The notes beneath the pieces are model-generated. The model worked only from the letters and a program-made list of their open reading frames with translations. It was not told the DNA's origin and did not search any database. A DNA stretch of 64,000 nt, taken from assembly GCA_965263355.1 (NCBI GenBank), contig CBDHHL010000056.1, forward strand, positions 1,248,001 through 1,312,000, in the 5' to 3' direction. Below, piece after piece: positions 51,036 to 61,175 of this stretch. Each line of letters opens with the position of its first letter. Position 1 is the first letter of the stretch. This DNA comes from Leptolyngbyaceae cyanobacterium (lineage in GTDB: Bacteria; Cyanobacteriota; Cyanobacteriia; Phormidesmidales; Phormidesmidaceae). Both the position numbers and the translations under genes were made by a program.

Positions 51036-51929
51036 TTAATCACCCACAAATTCAGTGAAGTCATTAATTCCAATCGCCTGATATGCCTCACGGATAGAAT
51101 TGTAGTCAGAATCCTGTACCTCAATCACCTCGGAGCCAGTGTATTTCTTGTTAGCTTCAACAGAAATAATGGCAGATACCAGTTTATCCTGGTTGTCGAC
51201 CATGGCTTGCTTAAGCTCATCCACATAGTCAGATGCTAAGGTGCTGCTGGCCACAAACACATCACTAGGTAGCAATGGGCCTGTTTCAATCAGCGGCAGG
51301 TCTTCTGGTTTTAAGCCTTCCGCTTCCAGGAATCGCTCATAATCTAGGGCAGAGCCACCCCAAGCATCCGTTTCGCCATTTTTAAATGCTTGCAGGTCTG
51401 TATCGCCTAGCAGCAAAATCTCTACATCATCTGGGCTGATGCCACCATCCACTAAAATTTTGGTTGGCCCCAGCTGACCACTTGTAGAACCCAAGTCAGA
51501 CATGGCAACTTTCTTACCCTTAAGACCGCTGATACTGTCAATACTACTATCAGGCTGGACAGCAATTACCGAACGATAGTTAGGACGAGTAATGGCAACA
51601 AAGGGCACCGCGTTGGTTTTTGCACGGATAACAACATATTCTGCAGGGCCTGTCAGGACCACGTCCACTTGATCAGACTGTAAAGCCACAGCTGCAGCAG
51701 TCCGATCAGCCACGGGAAAGAACTCAATATCCTTACCAGTGGACGACTCTAACGCATCACGGAATGGTTCGTAGTCCCGTTGTAATTCTTCTAACCCTTG
51801 GACATCCGTAACAGCAAACTTAAGTGTGTCCGGTGTGCGATCGGTAGTTGGTTGACCACTGGTACAGGCGGCAGCGACCAATCCTAACGAGAAGAAAATC
51901 GCGGTATTAAAAAAAGAACGGCGTTTCAT
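51036..51929 (-). CDS. phnD: Second PhnD-type binding lipoprotein (phosphate/phosphite/phosphonate family)
   Basis: MKRRSFF (Tat-like) + AAAC; GPAEYV, GSTSGQLGP. Confidence 0.8.
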   Translation of the reverse strand: MKRRSFFNTAIFFSLGLVAAACTSGQPTTDRTPDTLKFAVTDVQGLEELQRDYEPFRDALESSTGKDIEFFPVADRTAAAVALQSDQVDVVLTGPAEYVVIRAKTNAVPFVAITRPNYRSVIAVQPDSSIDSISGLKGKKVAMSDLGSTSGQLGPTKILVDGGISPDDVEILLLGDTDLQAFKNGETDAWGGSALDYERFLEAEGLKPEDLPLIETGPLLPSDVFVASSTLASDYVDELKQAMVDNQDKLVSAIISVEANKKYTGSEVIEVQDSDYNSIREAYQAIGINDFTEFVGD

Positions 51930-51966
51930 GGGTTGGAGCCTGGTAAAGAATGCTGTATCAATACAT

Positions 51967-52040
51967 ACATCTAGACAATACTGGACCCAGTCCGCCGACT
52001 TATTAATGCCCGTTTATGAAGTGATTAAGCTTTGAGTAAG
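51967..52040 (-). promoter_or_regulatory. Pho-box-like repeats plus PhnF-like site upstream of second phn operon
   Basis: Minus strand CTTACTCA-AAG-CTTAATCA-CTT-CATAAACG-GGC-ATTAATAA (52000-52040) and TTGTCTAGATGT (51967-51978). Confidence 0.5.
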
Positions 52041-52104
52041 CCTCTTCTATAAATGGTTTTGTATACTGGCCTGACAAGAGATTTTTTATCATCGGGCTCT
52101 ACCA

Positions 52105-52767
52105 ATGAATAATACAGCCACAGCTCACTTAGAATGGGATCAGCGTTGGCAAACGGAAGCAGGGCGAGCAGATTGGCTGGTGCCCGAAGCAGATGTAGTG
52201 GAGTTTACACAATCATTAAAAGAGTCACTGGGGTATACGCCCAAGGCACTGGACCTAGGTTGTGGTGTAGGTCGACATGCGGTTTATTTAGCCCAGTTGG
52301 GGTTTGAAACCTATGGATTAGATGGCAGTACAGCGGGTATTGTCCACGGTCAGAAAGAAGCATGTGCCCTCAACCTGTCTATCTATTTCACTGAAGGTTC
52401 AATGGAATATTTACCCTATGAGACCAACTTCTTTGACTATGTGTTGGCATTTAACGTGATTTACCATGGCGACCCTACCGTGGTTAGTCAATGTGTCAAA
52501 GAGATTCATCGAGTTCTCAAGCCAGGTGGTTTTTTCCAAGGGACGATGCTGTCTAAGCGAAATGGTAAATATGGCCTGGGAACTGAAATTGCGCTCAATA
52601 CCTTTGTAATTCCCAACGATGGTGACAAGGACCATCCTCATTTCTATTGCGACGCTAAAGAGGTGTGTCAATTGTTCACAGGCTTTGAGCTACGCAGTCT
52701 GGTAGACCAGGTACATAAAAAGAAAGACTCGTGGCACTGGCATCTGATTGCAGAATGTCGTGATTAA
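52105..52767 (+). CDS. Class I SAM-dependent methyltransferase
   Basis: ALDLGCGVGRH, FDYVLAFNVIYH, RVLKPGG. Confidence 0.9.
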   Translation: MNNTATAHLEWDQRWQTEAGRADWLVPEADVVEFTQSLKESLGYTPKALDLGCGVGRHAVYLAQLGFETYGLDGSTAGIVHGQKEACALNLSIYFTEGSMEYLPYETNFFDYVLAFNVIYHGDPTVVSQCVKEIHRVLKPGGFFQGTMLSKRNGKYGLGTEIALNTFVIPNDGDKDHPHFYCDAKEVCQLFTGFELRSLVDQVHKKKDSWHWHLIAECRD

Positions 52768-52891
52768 GCCGAGAGCGGGACCTCTCAATTAGAGTCTCAT
52801 GCAAAGACTGACAAAGACTTATTTAGAGGCTGCCCAGAGTTGATCATCAATCACATTAAGGCTATGGACAGCCGTCATCAGTTACTTAAGC

Positions 52892-53305
52892 TTAATCAGT
52901 TTGAGGCAAGCCGCGTTTTTTGCGAATAGCTGCCATCCCCATACCAATAAGCCCAGGCAAAAGAGCTGGAGTAGGAATTTCTTCGGATTCACTACCGCCC
53001 CCCTCAAGAAAGGCAATCGCAAGAATGGCACCGAACAATAGGATAACTCCAGCCTCTTCTAAATCGCTGTCATTGTCAGTGCCAGTTCCGGTTCCTTGCG
53101 AAATTAGTCCTGGTGTGTCGATGCCAAAATTGACGTCTCCCAACCCAGCTGGCTGGCTGCCAAGGGAAAAGGAATCAGTCGCATTAAACGTGTTAAAGCT
53201 ACCAGAGCGGATAGTAGCTGCATAGGTAGGTCCAACTGATGAAACTAATGAGGTTAAAATAGCCCCTAGAGCCACACAAGAAATTCTTTTCAACATTGTC
53301 ATCAA
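52892..53305 (-). CDS. PTPA-CTERM sorting-domain protein
   Basis: Signal peptide; C-terminal IPTPALLPGLIGMGMAAIRKKR. Confidence 0.85.
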   Translation of the reverse strand: MMTMLKRISCVALGAILTSLVSSVGPTYAATIRSGSFNTFNATDSFSLGSQPAGLGDVNFGIDTPGLISQGTGTGTDNDSDLEEAGVILLFGAILAIAFLEGGGSESEEIPTPALLPGLIGMGMAAIRKKRGLPQTD

Positions 53306-53434
53306 GCAAATAGAAGAACAACAAAACCATGAAGTGAATAAGTCTCAATACCTGGCAGATGACTTAAAAAATAACCTAGTAGAGCCTACACGTTAGACGT
53401 GCAATTTTTCTCAAAACTAAGCCGAAAAATTGGC

Positions 53435-53479
53435 ACAAGCGTAAAAAGACAAGCGCAAAAAGACAAGCGCAAAAAGACA
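53435..53479. repeat. 14-bp tandem repeat x3
   Basis: ACAAGCG(T/C)AAAAAG three times. Confidence 0.8.
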
Positions 53480-53963
53480 CTATGCGTCTATTGCTTTACC
53501 CTTATTCGTGGATTAAACGAAAGTTTAGAGAATAAGCGTCTGAATAACTGTTTAGGGATGGAAAATTGGCAGACCACCAATTCCATCCCTAAAACTGGTA
53601 TATCAGGTTGACTGAGGTCTCCGTAAGTACCCTGATAGTCTATTTAATAGAACTTTACTCTCTACGTTGATTTACTCTTGATTACTTGTTCTAGAAAGCT
53701 TTTATACTTATCTTTGCGAGCCACTTGGCTGACTGTAACGTTGTTCTAATAAAAAATCCTGGCTATCTGCTATCCAATGTTAGTGAACTCGGATTTGGCA
53801 TAAGTCTAAGAAGGGATATGTGAGGCGTTCTATGTAGCATACAAAAACCCCCATCTCCTTACATAAGGTGACGGGGGAAAATCTTCTCAAAGAATAGAAA
53901 ATTCTATAGCCCTCAAAATCTGATTATCTGGGGCTTTTGAGGCTTTATTGTTATGCCGGACCT

Positions 53964-55127
53964 CTAGGTAAGCTCACTTCGCAATGCCTGACGTTTAGCA
54001 ACATACTCCTGTAAGACCTGGTTATGGCCATCGAGTTGCTGTTGCATTGCAGCATATTGTCTCAGCAGGCTGGCTAACTCAGTGCGACGCTCAGTTAGTT
54101 TGGTGGCAATATGGTTGAGGGTTTGTTGTTCCATGGCGACCATTTGCTGCTGGTGGGATAAATCCATTAACTCCTGCAGGGTATCTGTGTAGGTAACCTC
54201 CTGCCAGAGGGGATCGGGAGATTCTACACTGACGGCATCAATATAGTCTACCAAGACAGTCTGGGCTGTGTATCGTAGTTGATTTTCAATTTGATAATAT
54301 ATGGCGTAAAGTTCTCCCAGCTGGGTATTGTCCAGGTCAGGGCTGCTAAATTCAATGGCAATGTCGTTTTCTAATGTCCGCAGCTGTTGCAGCTGACTTT
54401 GATATTGGGCATCTGCCGTTAATAGATCGGTGACAAAGCCAACTTCATCTGGCTGTAAGGCCAAGATAGATGTGACATCGGATATGTTTTGGTCGAGCTG
54501 TTGCGATCGCACCAACAATTCAGCTTGTCGATTAGCCAGGTCACTGCTGCGATAGGACAGAACCGTACGATGGGTTTGCAGATTTTGAGTCGTGTGCTTT
54601 GCCTGAAACAGCTGCATGTCTGCTCGCAGCTGACGGACCTGATCCTGGAGTTGAGGTACCTTTTGATCAATAAACTCCAACCCTTTACAGGTGCTCTCCT
54701 GACAAGTGCTGTCACTACCGGCACTAAAGGCTACACTTGACGTCGCCTGGGGATTTGCTATGGGGGGTGTAGACACCTCAGCCTCAGCCTCCTCAGCGTC
54801 TGCTTGGTTTACCGTTGTCCTATTGGTTGAGTTTGTATCCGTATCATCAAGCTGATACCAAAGCCCAGTTTCTGTATGCTGCATAATCGCCCCAGCAGAA
54901 CAGACAACCGTAGCCCCAATGGCTAAAGCCGTATGATATGGCCAGGGAGAAGAATAGGCCGTAGACACTGAGAGGTCATCTACCCAGTAATCATTATCGG
55001 ATGCAATATTTTCAGAGTCTATATCTTGATCTTGACGTTGGTAGAGCGTTTGATCCCCAAGACAGTCAGCAACTAATCGTTGCCAGGCGTGAATAGGTTT
55101 ATTATTGATGTTACAGAAAGAAGTCAT
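53964..55127 (-). CDS. GumC/Wzc-like coiled-coil protein (no kinase domain)
   Basis: One TM; KGLEFIDQKVPQLQDQV… coiled coil typical of EPS chain-length proteins. Confidence 0.6.
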   Translation of the reverse strand: MTSFCNINNKPIHAWQRLVADCLGDQTLYQRQDQDIDSENIASDNDYWVDDLSVSTAYSSPWPYHTALAIGATVVCSAGAIMQHTETGLWYQLDDTDTNSTNRTTVNQADAEEAEAEVSTPPIANPQATSSVAFSAGSDSTCQESTCKGLEFIDQKVPQLQDQVRQLRADMQLFQAKHTTQNLQTHRTVLSYRSSDLANRQAELLVRSQQLDQNISDVTSILALQPDEVGFVTDLLTADAQYQSQLQQLRTLENDIAIEFSSPDLDNTQLGELYAIYYQIENQLRYTAQTVLVDYIDAVSVESPDPLWQEVTYTDTLQELMDLSHQQQMVAMEQQTLNHIATKLTERRTELASLLRQYAAMQQQLDGHNQVLQEYVAKRQALRSELT

Positions 55128-55882
55128 ACCAACGAAGACAGAAACTACATGACTTGGCTTAATGCTGTTTACAGGAGTTTCTAGAAAATGTCCGGGGATT
55201 TCAGAAAAAATGCGTTGCCCTATAGCAATATATGCGATATGTAAAGATACTATGCTCCTGAGCCCTTAAACGTTTGACTTCAAATAGACCCATCACTCCC
55301 CAAAATTTGGGTAAAAACTTCTCTACAGATTTATCCTGAGTTACAGCACTATGCCCGTAAAGTGTGGGGGCATTCAAATCAACATCTTTAAACTTGATAG
55401 TCCAATGCTTATCTACGCGGGTAGATAACGTTGCATGGGTTAAACATCCGCAAGTCAGAAAGCAGCCTTCAAAATAGGCATTTGTTTTGACTGCTGATTG
55501 TCGCTCCCTAACGGCTGGAAAAAATTTTGGAAATTTTTCTCTTTTAAGTTAATAGCCCTAACCTTAAACTTAGTTAAGTTCCAGAAAATACAGCAGTTTA
55601 CATAAGCTGCTTCCAGATTGCTTACAAAAATACTACTAAAACTATAAGCACTTGATGAAAGTAACAAAACTTGTGTAAAGCCAGGGGTTTCTTTCCAGAT
55701 ATTGACAAAATATTACGATAACTGAACCAGACAGAATATGAGACATAAGTCCGCAAGTTATTCGCTTCAAGTTATTCGCTTATAGATACCCAGCAGGCTG
55801 TTGTCGTTAATCAAAATTGACCAACGCCCGCTTTTGAAAGGATACAGATACCACCCCTAGCGTTCAGATAGCTTTTTGCGTT

Positions 55883-56539
55883 ATGCGACTCTCATCATAC
55901 TCTCCCATGGCGCAGGTAATTGCACCTGCGATTCATCCTTCTATTGGTAGTAAAACTAAGCGGTGTATAGATATTGTTGGGGCCCTATTCGGCTTATCGA
56001 TTACCGCAATCTTGTTTCTGCCCATAGTATTAGTCATTAAATTAGATTCCTCAGGCCCAATTTTTTTTACACAGCGACGCTGTGGCTTAAAGGGTAAACC
56101 CTTCAGGATTTGGAAGTTTCGTTCGATGGTGACCAATGCTGACCAGCTAAAGCATTTAGTCAAAAACGAAGCGGCTGGACATATTTTTAAGAATCGAAAT
56201 GATCCTAGAATTACTCGGGTAGGTCAGTTTCTTCGAAAAACAAGTCTCGACGAGTTACCACAGTTTTTCAATGTATTAGTCGGTACCATGAGCTTGGTCG
56301 GTACTCGCCCCCCTACCCCCGACGAAGTGGCAAAATACTCTCAACATCATCTACAGCGTTTGAACGTAAAACCAGGCATTACCGGTGAGTGGCAGGTCTA
56401 CGGACGTTCCAATGTAGAAAATTTTGATGAAATTGTACGGATGGATCTGAACTATCAACGAAAGTGGTCAGTATGGTACGACCTATTTCTGATTTTGCGA
56501 ACCATTATCGTTGTTTTAGGTAAACAGGGGGCCTATTAA
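55883..56539 (+). CDS. Priming sugar transferase (Bac_transf)
   Basis: KRCIDI, KFRSM, DPRITRVGQFLRKTSLDELPQ, MSLVGTRP, KPGITG. Confidence 0.93.
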   Translation: MRLSSYSPMAQVIAPAIHPSIGSKTKRCIDIVGALFGLSITAILFLPIVLVIKLDSSGPIFFTQRRCGLKGKPFRIWKFRSMVTNADQLKHLVKNEAAGHIFKNRNDPRITRVGQFLRKTSLDELPQFFNVLVGTMSLVGTRPPTPDEVAKYSQHHLQRLNVKPGITGEWQVYGRSNVENFDEIVRMDLNYQRKWSVWYDLFLILRTIIVVLGKQGAY

Positions 56540-56678
56540 TAGTTGGCACATATGGCTAAGACGTCATCAGCCGCCATTCTTGCGCTAACTTACATTTGCC
56601 AATAATAACATTTCTGCTTTCCTAACAGTACCAGCGTTTGGTTAATTGTCCTACAAGTTGCCATCTATCTCGTTTGCC

Positions 56679-57311
56679 ATGACAAGCCTTCCTAGACCGT
56701 TCCCTTCTAAACCTGCTAAGTCATCTGCCAGCTATGACGCACCACAACCGTCTACAGGTAAGAACATTTGCTTAATTGTTGGCTTCACTTGCTTACTCGG
56801 TTTTCTAGTGGATGTGCTGGTGTTAAGTACACCGCCTGATCCATTTGGGTTACAGTGGCGTGTTAACGTACTACAGCAAATAGGCGATCGCAGTATTGTG
56901 TTACTATTTTCAGTTGCCCTTCTGATGTATGGTTTCTTAGATAAACGTCAGATTAAACGGCCATTAGGCTATGTATGTCTGGCTTTAGGGGTGGCCTTTA
57001 TTCTCTCTTGTGTGTTAGTGATTCGCGATAGTCTTATCTTACAAAAGGAGACTCTGCAAAATATCGCTAACCAAGAGCAGTATGTGCAGTCTCAAATTGA
57101 CGAAGCCCGCAATGGTGGCGATGAGCTAGAGGCACCCTTGACACCAGAACAGTTGCAACAAGCGTCTCAGCAACTTACAAGCCAGGCAACAACTCTAAAG
57201 GAGAATGCTCGTCAGGGGATTACTAAAGCAGGTGTGGCCAGTATGGGTAATTTAATTGCGGTAGGCCTTGGCATGCTTGGATTAGGTCGGTTAGGGATCA
57301 AGCGTTCTTAG
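56679..57311 (+). CDS. HpsJ-like membrane protein, cyanoexosortase-associated
   Basis: 3 TM + Q-rich helix + C-terminal TM; QWR…QQIGDR motif; genomic context. Confidence 0.7.
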   Translation: MTSLPRPFPSKPAKSSASYDAPQPSTGKNICLIVGFTCLLGFLVDVLVLSTPPDPFGLQWRVNVLQQIGDRSIVLLFSVALLMYGFLDKRQIKRPLGYVCLALGVAFILSCVLVIRDSLILQKETLQNIANQEQYVQSQIDEARNGGDELEAPLTPEQLQQASQQLTSQATTLKENARQGITKAGVASMGNLIAVGLGMLGLGRLGIKRS

Positions 57312-57404
57312 GGGCGTAAGCGTCGTTATGAAGATGTTGGCTTAGAGGCTTAATTGCTGTATTGCGATCGCAATTTCTATTCTCTGATAGTTTAACCACT
57401 ATAA

Positions 57405-57443
57405 AAATCCCTATACTTGGCTAAGCGTCAGGTATAGGGATTT
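57405..57443 (+). terminator. Intrinsic terminator-like hairpin
   Basis: AAATCCCTATAC…GTATAGGGATTT followed by a pyrimidine run. Confidence 0.55.
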
Positions 57444-57843
57444 CTCTTTCTATAACTTCTATCGTTAGCATGAACGTTATGTTGCGCTCATCAAAGTGTC
57501 ACCTTTTAGGGATAAAACAGCTTTATGAGTTTCATAATAATGAACAAGAAAGCTTGATGAACTTTCTTGTTTTGTTTTTGTATGTGCATCTTAACATTTT
57601 TGTATACGAATGCATGTATACGTCAACCGCTCCCTGTTTACTTGTGCGACGTTAACAGACAATCCAGACTTTAAACAAAGTGGGCAACTTAGCTTAAGCC
57701 ATGTCCAACGTTTAACCTGTAGCGTTACCTACAGAAAAAACAATTTTTCGGACGTGGATAAGATTTAAAAGGCTAGAGCTAGAGGTTTGAAGCGGTCTCT
57801 ACCAATACGTTTTATTCAAACCCAATTCTTCCCCACAAAAAAC

Positions 57844-58518
57844 ATGACGAATCAAATTCTAAAAGGTGCCCTATTTGCAGGGACATTAACTGTAGGCTTT
57901 TTGGCTCAAACTGAGTTTGCCAGTGCTGCATCTATTGTCTATGATTTTACCAGGTTTGGTGCCCCATTGATTGATGTTGCTCCTACTAGTTTTACTGCGG
58001 GTGGTGTGACTACCACTGTAAGCGGTAATGGTGTCGTGACCCAGACTGCTGCTGGTCTTGGTATTGCTAGACCCCTAAGTGTGGCTCCTCCAGAAGAGAT
58101 TGACGGTCTTGCTCTAAATGGCCCAGACTACATTGAGTTTGACTTTGGTAACATTTTTGTTGATATTGCCTCTGTGACATTTGGTTTGGTGGGCACCAAT
58201 GTGCCTATTCCAGGTATCGGTACCGTTGGTAATGACGACTTTAGCCTATCTGTCGACGGAAATTCTGTTCTGGAGAATACTGATATTCCTGGCGGTAATG
58301 GTTTAGACACTGGCGTTGGAGTCTTTGACTTTACATCAGTGTTGGCACCTTCAGGTAAGGTTTGGAGATTCACCGCGCCGGACCTGGATGATGATTTTAC
58401 CATTGCTAGCCTAACCATTGAGACTGAGGAGATTCCCACGCCAGCTTTACTACCTGGCTTAATCGGTATGGGAGTTGCGGCTTTTCGCAGACGTCGTGGT
58501 GATGTGTTAGATAGCTAA
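57844..58518 (+). CDS. PTPA-CTERM sorting-domain protein
   Basis: Signal peptide (ASA); IPTPALLPGLIGMGVAAFRRRR. Confidence 0.9.
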   Translation: MTNQILKGALFAGTLTVGFLAQTEFASAASIVYDFTRFGAPLIDVAPTSFTAGGVTTTVSGNGVVTQTAAGLGIARPLSVAPPEEIDGLALNGPDYIEFDFGNIFVDIASVTFGLVGTNVPIPGIGTVGNDDFSLSVDGNSVLENTDIPGGNGLDTGVGVFDFTSVLAPSGKVWRFTAPDLDDDFTIASLTIETEEIPTPALLPGLIGMGVAAFRRRRGDVLDS

Positions 58519-58572
58519 TGACATGTTAGTAATCATTAACTAAACAGTTAGGCCTGACCGCTGTGGAGTTAG

Positions 58573-58610
58573 CGAGGGTACTGTGACAATGCATCACAGC
58601 ACCCTCGTTT
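58573..58610 (+). terminator. Intrinsic terminator-like hairpin
   Basis: CGAGGGTACTGTGA-N7-TCACAGCACCCTCG-TTT. Confidence 0.55.
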
Positions 58611-58918
58611 CTGATTGAGATTTTTGACTAAGATAGCGTCAGGACATAAAAGATGTATTTTAGCGCAAATCTTATCGACTTTCTTTGTTAGATACTAATA
58701 ATACAATATTGTCTTATGTGGAGATAATTACTATAACTTAAGGTGGGTAATATTAAGATACAAAATGCCCCTATGTTACCTACTGTAAGATTTCAGGTTC
58801 TGTATCTCCTATCTTAGGTCAGTAGCTAGGTTGGGCCTTTAATTTGAGGGCTTAAACCCTTAACGATATCAACGAAACCTAGTTTTCATGTATTATTTCT
58901 CTCGGAGATGCTTGAATA

Positions 58919-59557
58919 ATGAAACTCAACCAATTTTGGAGTGCGGCGTTAGCTGTCTCCACATTTTCAACTGTTGCATTGGCTACACAAGAAGCGAAGG
59001 CGATGGCGCTATTTACCCTTGACTTCACGGATACTAGTCTCTTTACCAGAGGGACAGTCTCACCCGGTGATATTGATGGAATTGACTTAGGCGTTGTCAC
59101 CGTAGATGTACGAGGAAGAACTCGTGGCAGTAACCAGGCACAAGATCTTAGCTTCACCGGAAATGGTGTCGGTATTGTTGGGCATGGCAGTAACACTATC
59201 AACGGTTCCAATGGAGGGAGCTCTGATGAGCGTTTTCGCCTTGATTTTTCTAAGCAGGTGAAATTTACTGAGATTGTCTTTGGCAACGTTAATAATAACG
59301 GCAGTGATGATTATACCCTTAGAATAGATGGCAGTACTTTTGGGAGTGCCAATACTGATATCCCTCTTTCTGGTGTACTTTCACTTGATACTATTTTTGG
59401 TACTCGATTTGACGTTGAGGCACGCCAAAATAATGATAACTTTCGCATCACTAGTATTTCTGGTGAGGTGGTTCCCACACCTGCTCTTTTGCCTGGCTTA
59501 GTAGGGTTAGGTGCTGCCGCTTTGCGTAGACGTCGTCAAGAAGCCACTGACGCTTAG
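58919..59557 (+). CDS. PTPA-CTERM sorting-domain protein
   Basis: Signal peptide (AKA); VPTPALLPGLVGLGAAALRRRR. Confidence 0.9.
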   Translation: MKLNQFWSAALAVSTFSTVALATQEAKAMALFTLDFTDTSLFTRGTVSPGDIDGIDLGVVTVDVRGRTRGSNQAQDLSFTGNGVGIVGHGSNTINGSNGGSSDERFRLDFSKQVKFTEIVFGNVNNNGSDDYTLRIDGSTFGSANTDIPLSGVLSLDTIFGTRFDVEARQNNDNFRITSISGEVVPTPALLPGLVGLGAAALRRRRQEATDA

Positions 59558-59776
59558 AATCCACGTTAGGTGTAAACAGCTTATTTATTATGCATTAGTT
59601 GTTTAGCCAGTCAAGGTCTATTTTTATGTAGCCCCAGTAATACAAAGACCTTGACTATGTGAGCCTATCCCATTGGTGCTAAATATAGACTCAGACTTGA
59701 TTATCAGCTTAATTGACGTCTTATCAATCTATTATTGTTCTACTTAACGTAGTCAAAAATTATACTCTTGCTAATA

Positions 59777-59911
59777 TTTGGAGATTTGCTGCGTCTGATT
59801 TAATGTTGATTTTACCATTGCCAGCCTAACCATTGAAACTGAGGCGAGTCCCTCACCAGCGTTGTTGTCTGGCTTATTTGGTTGGATTCGCAGCCTTTTG
59901 TAAGCGTTGAC
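59777..59911 (+). pseudogene. Decayed copy of the 3' end of the 57844-58518 PTPA-CTERM gene
   Basis: GATTTTACCATTGCCAGCCTAACCATTGAAACTGAGG versus GATTTTACCATTGCTAGCCTAACCATTGAGACTGAGG near 58393; eroded SPSPALLSGL. Confidence 0.8.
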
Positions 59912-60260
59912 TAGTTATTCGATCATCCAAATCTACTTTTATTGTGTATTACGGCTGTTGCTTGCAAGTCTGCTTCAGACTGAAATACTGTTCAGCAAGA
60001 AGAACTTTGCTGACTTCCTTTATCGAATATTTATAATGATATCTTGTCTTACTAAAAAGCGTTGTTATAATTTTGGATAAAGTCCATTGAGGGTAAGGAA
60101 CATACTTTTTAGAAGTTCTTTTACCCATACGTCAGATGATGTATCTCCCGGCTCAGAGTAGCTAAAATAATTTGTTCGTTTCAAGGTACAGGCTTATTTC
60201 TACAGATAGAATTGACCAATCCTAATTTGTTTCATGTAGTTTTTTGGGAATACTTATCCA

Positions 60261-60890
60261 ATGAAAATAGGTAAGCTGTGGAGTGCGGCTATTACTGCCT
60301 CTACTTTTTCTGTTTTAGCTTTTTCCGCTCAAGAGGTTAAGGCCATGTCCTTTACTCTTGACTTTACAGACAATAGTGTATTCTTTGGTGCGCCATCTAG
60401 CATTTCTAATGTTAATTTAGGCGGCGTCAATGTAAATGTAAATGCTACTACGCGTGGTGGTGAAGATAGTCGACTGTTGACCTTTAACAATGCTGGTGTT
60501 GGCATCTTAGGTGATGGCATAGACAACATTAGTGGATCAGCTGGTATAGATAACGATGAAGTGCTCGAGCTTACCTTTTCTAAATTAGTGAGATTCACGT
60601 CAATTAATTTTGTTGGTATTACGCCTGGTAGCGATGACTTTGCGTTAAGAATTGATGGCACTATTTTTGGTGCCGACCCTACTCCCATCAGTTCTAATGC
60701 GTTTAATTTCGTATCGCCAGGTACAGATTTTGGTGCCCTATTTAGGATTGAAACCCGAGACAATAACGATCGATTTCGTATAAATAGTATTTCTGGTGAG
60801 GTGATTCCTACGCCTGCACTGTTGCCTGGGTTATTAGGACTAGGTGTTGCAGCATGGCGTAGACGTCGTCAAGATGCAACTGATGCCTAA
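60261..60890 (+). CDS. PTPA-CTERM sorting-domain protein (paralog of 58919-59557)
   Basis: Shares FTLDFTD, LRIDG, NND.FRI.SISGEV.PTPALLPG, RRRRQ.ATDA. Confidence 0.9.
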   Translation: MKIGKLWSAAITASTFSVLAFSAQEVKAMSFTLDFTDNSVFFGAPSSISNVNLGGVNVNVNATTRGGEDSRLLTFNNAGVGILGDGIDNISGSAGIDNDEVLELTFSKLVRFTSINFVGITPGSDDFALRIDGTIFGADPTPISSNAFNFVSPGTDFGALFRIETRDNNDRFRINSISGEVIPTPALLPGLLGLGVAAWRRRRQDATDA

Positions 60891-61175
60891 AGTAAAGCTG
60901 TAGTTTTATAACAGCTGATTATGTATCAGTCCTTTGCCCAGTGAAGGTCTATTTTCATTTTGGCTCTGGTAGTAAATAGACCTTCACTATCTGTCTACCC
61001 CTGTCTCCTGCCCTGACTTATTCTGGGCTTCTCGGGCTATGGTTTCTTTTACTTTTCCCGGAGTGGTCGCCAACTCTTCAGTAAATTACTTAGATAGAGT
61101 ATGAAAAGATAGTCAACTATCTAAAACGTTTAACGGTGCCATCTGGAAAAATAGTCTAGTGTGGAGTAGAACGCT

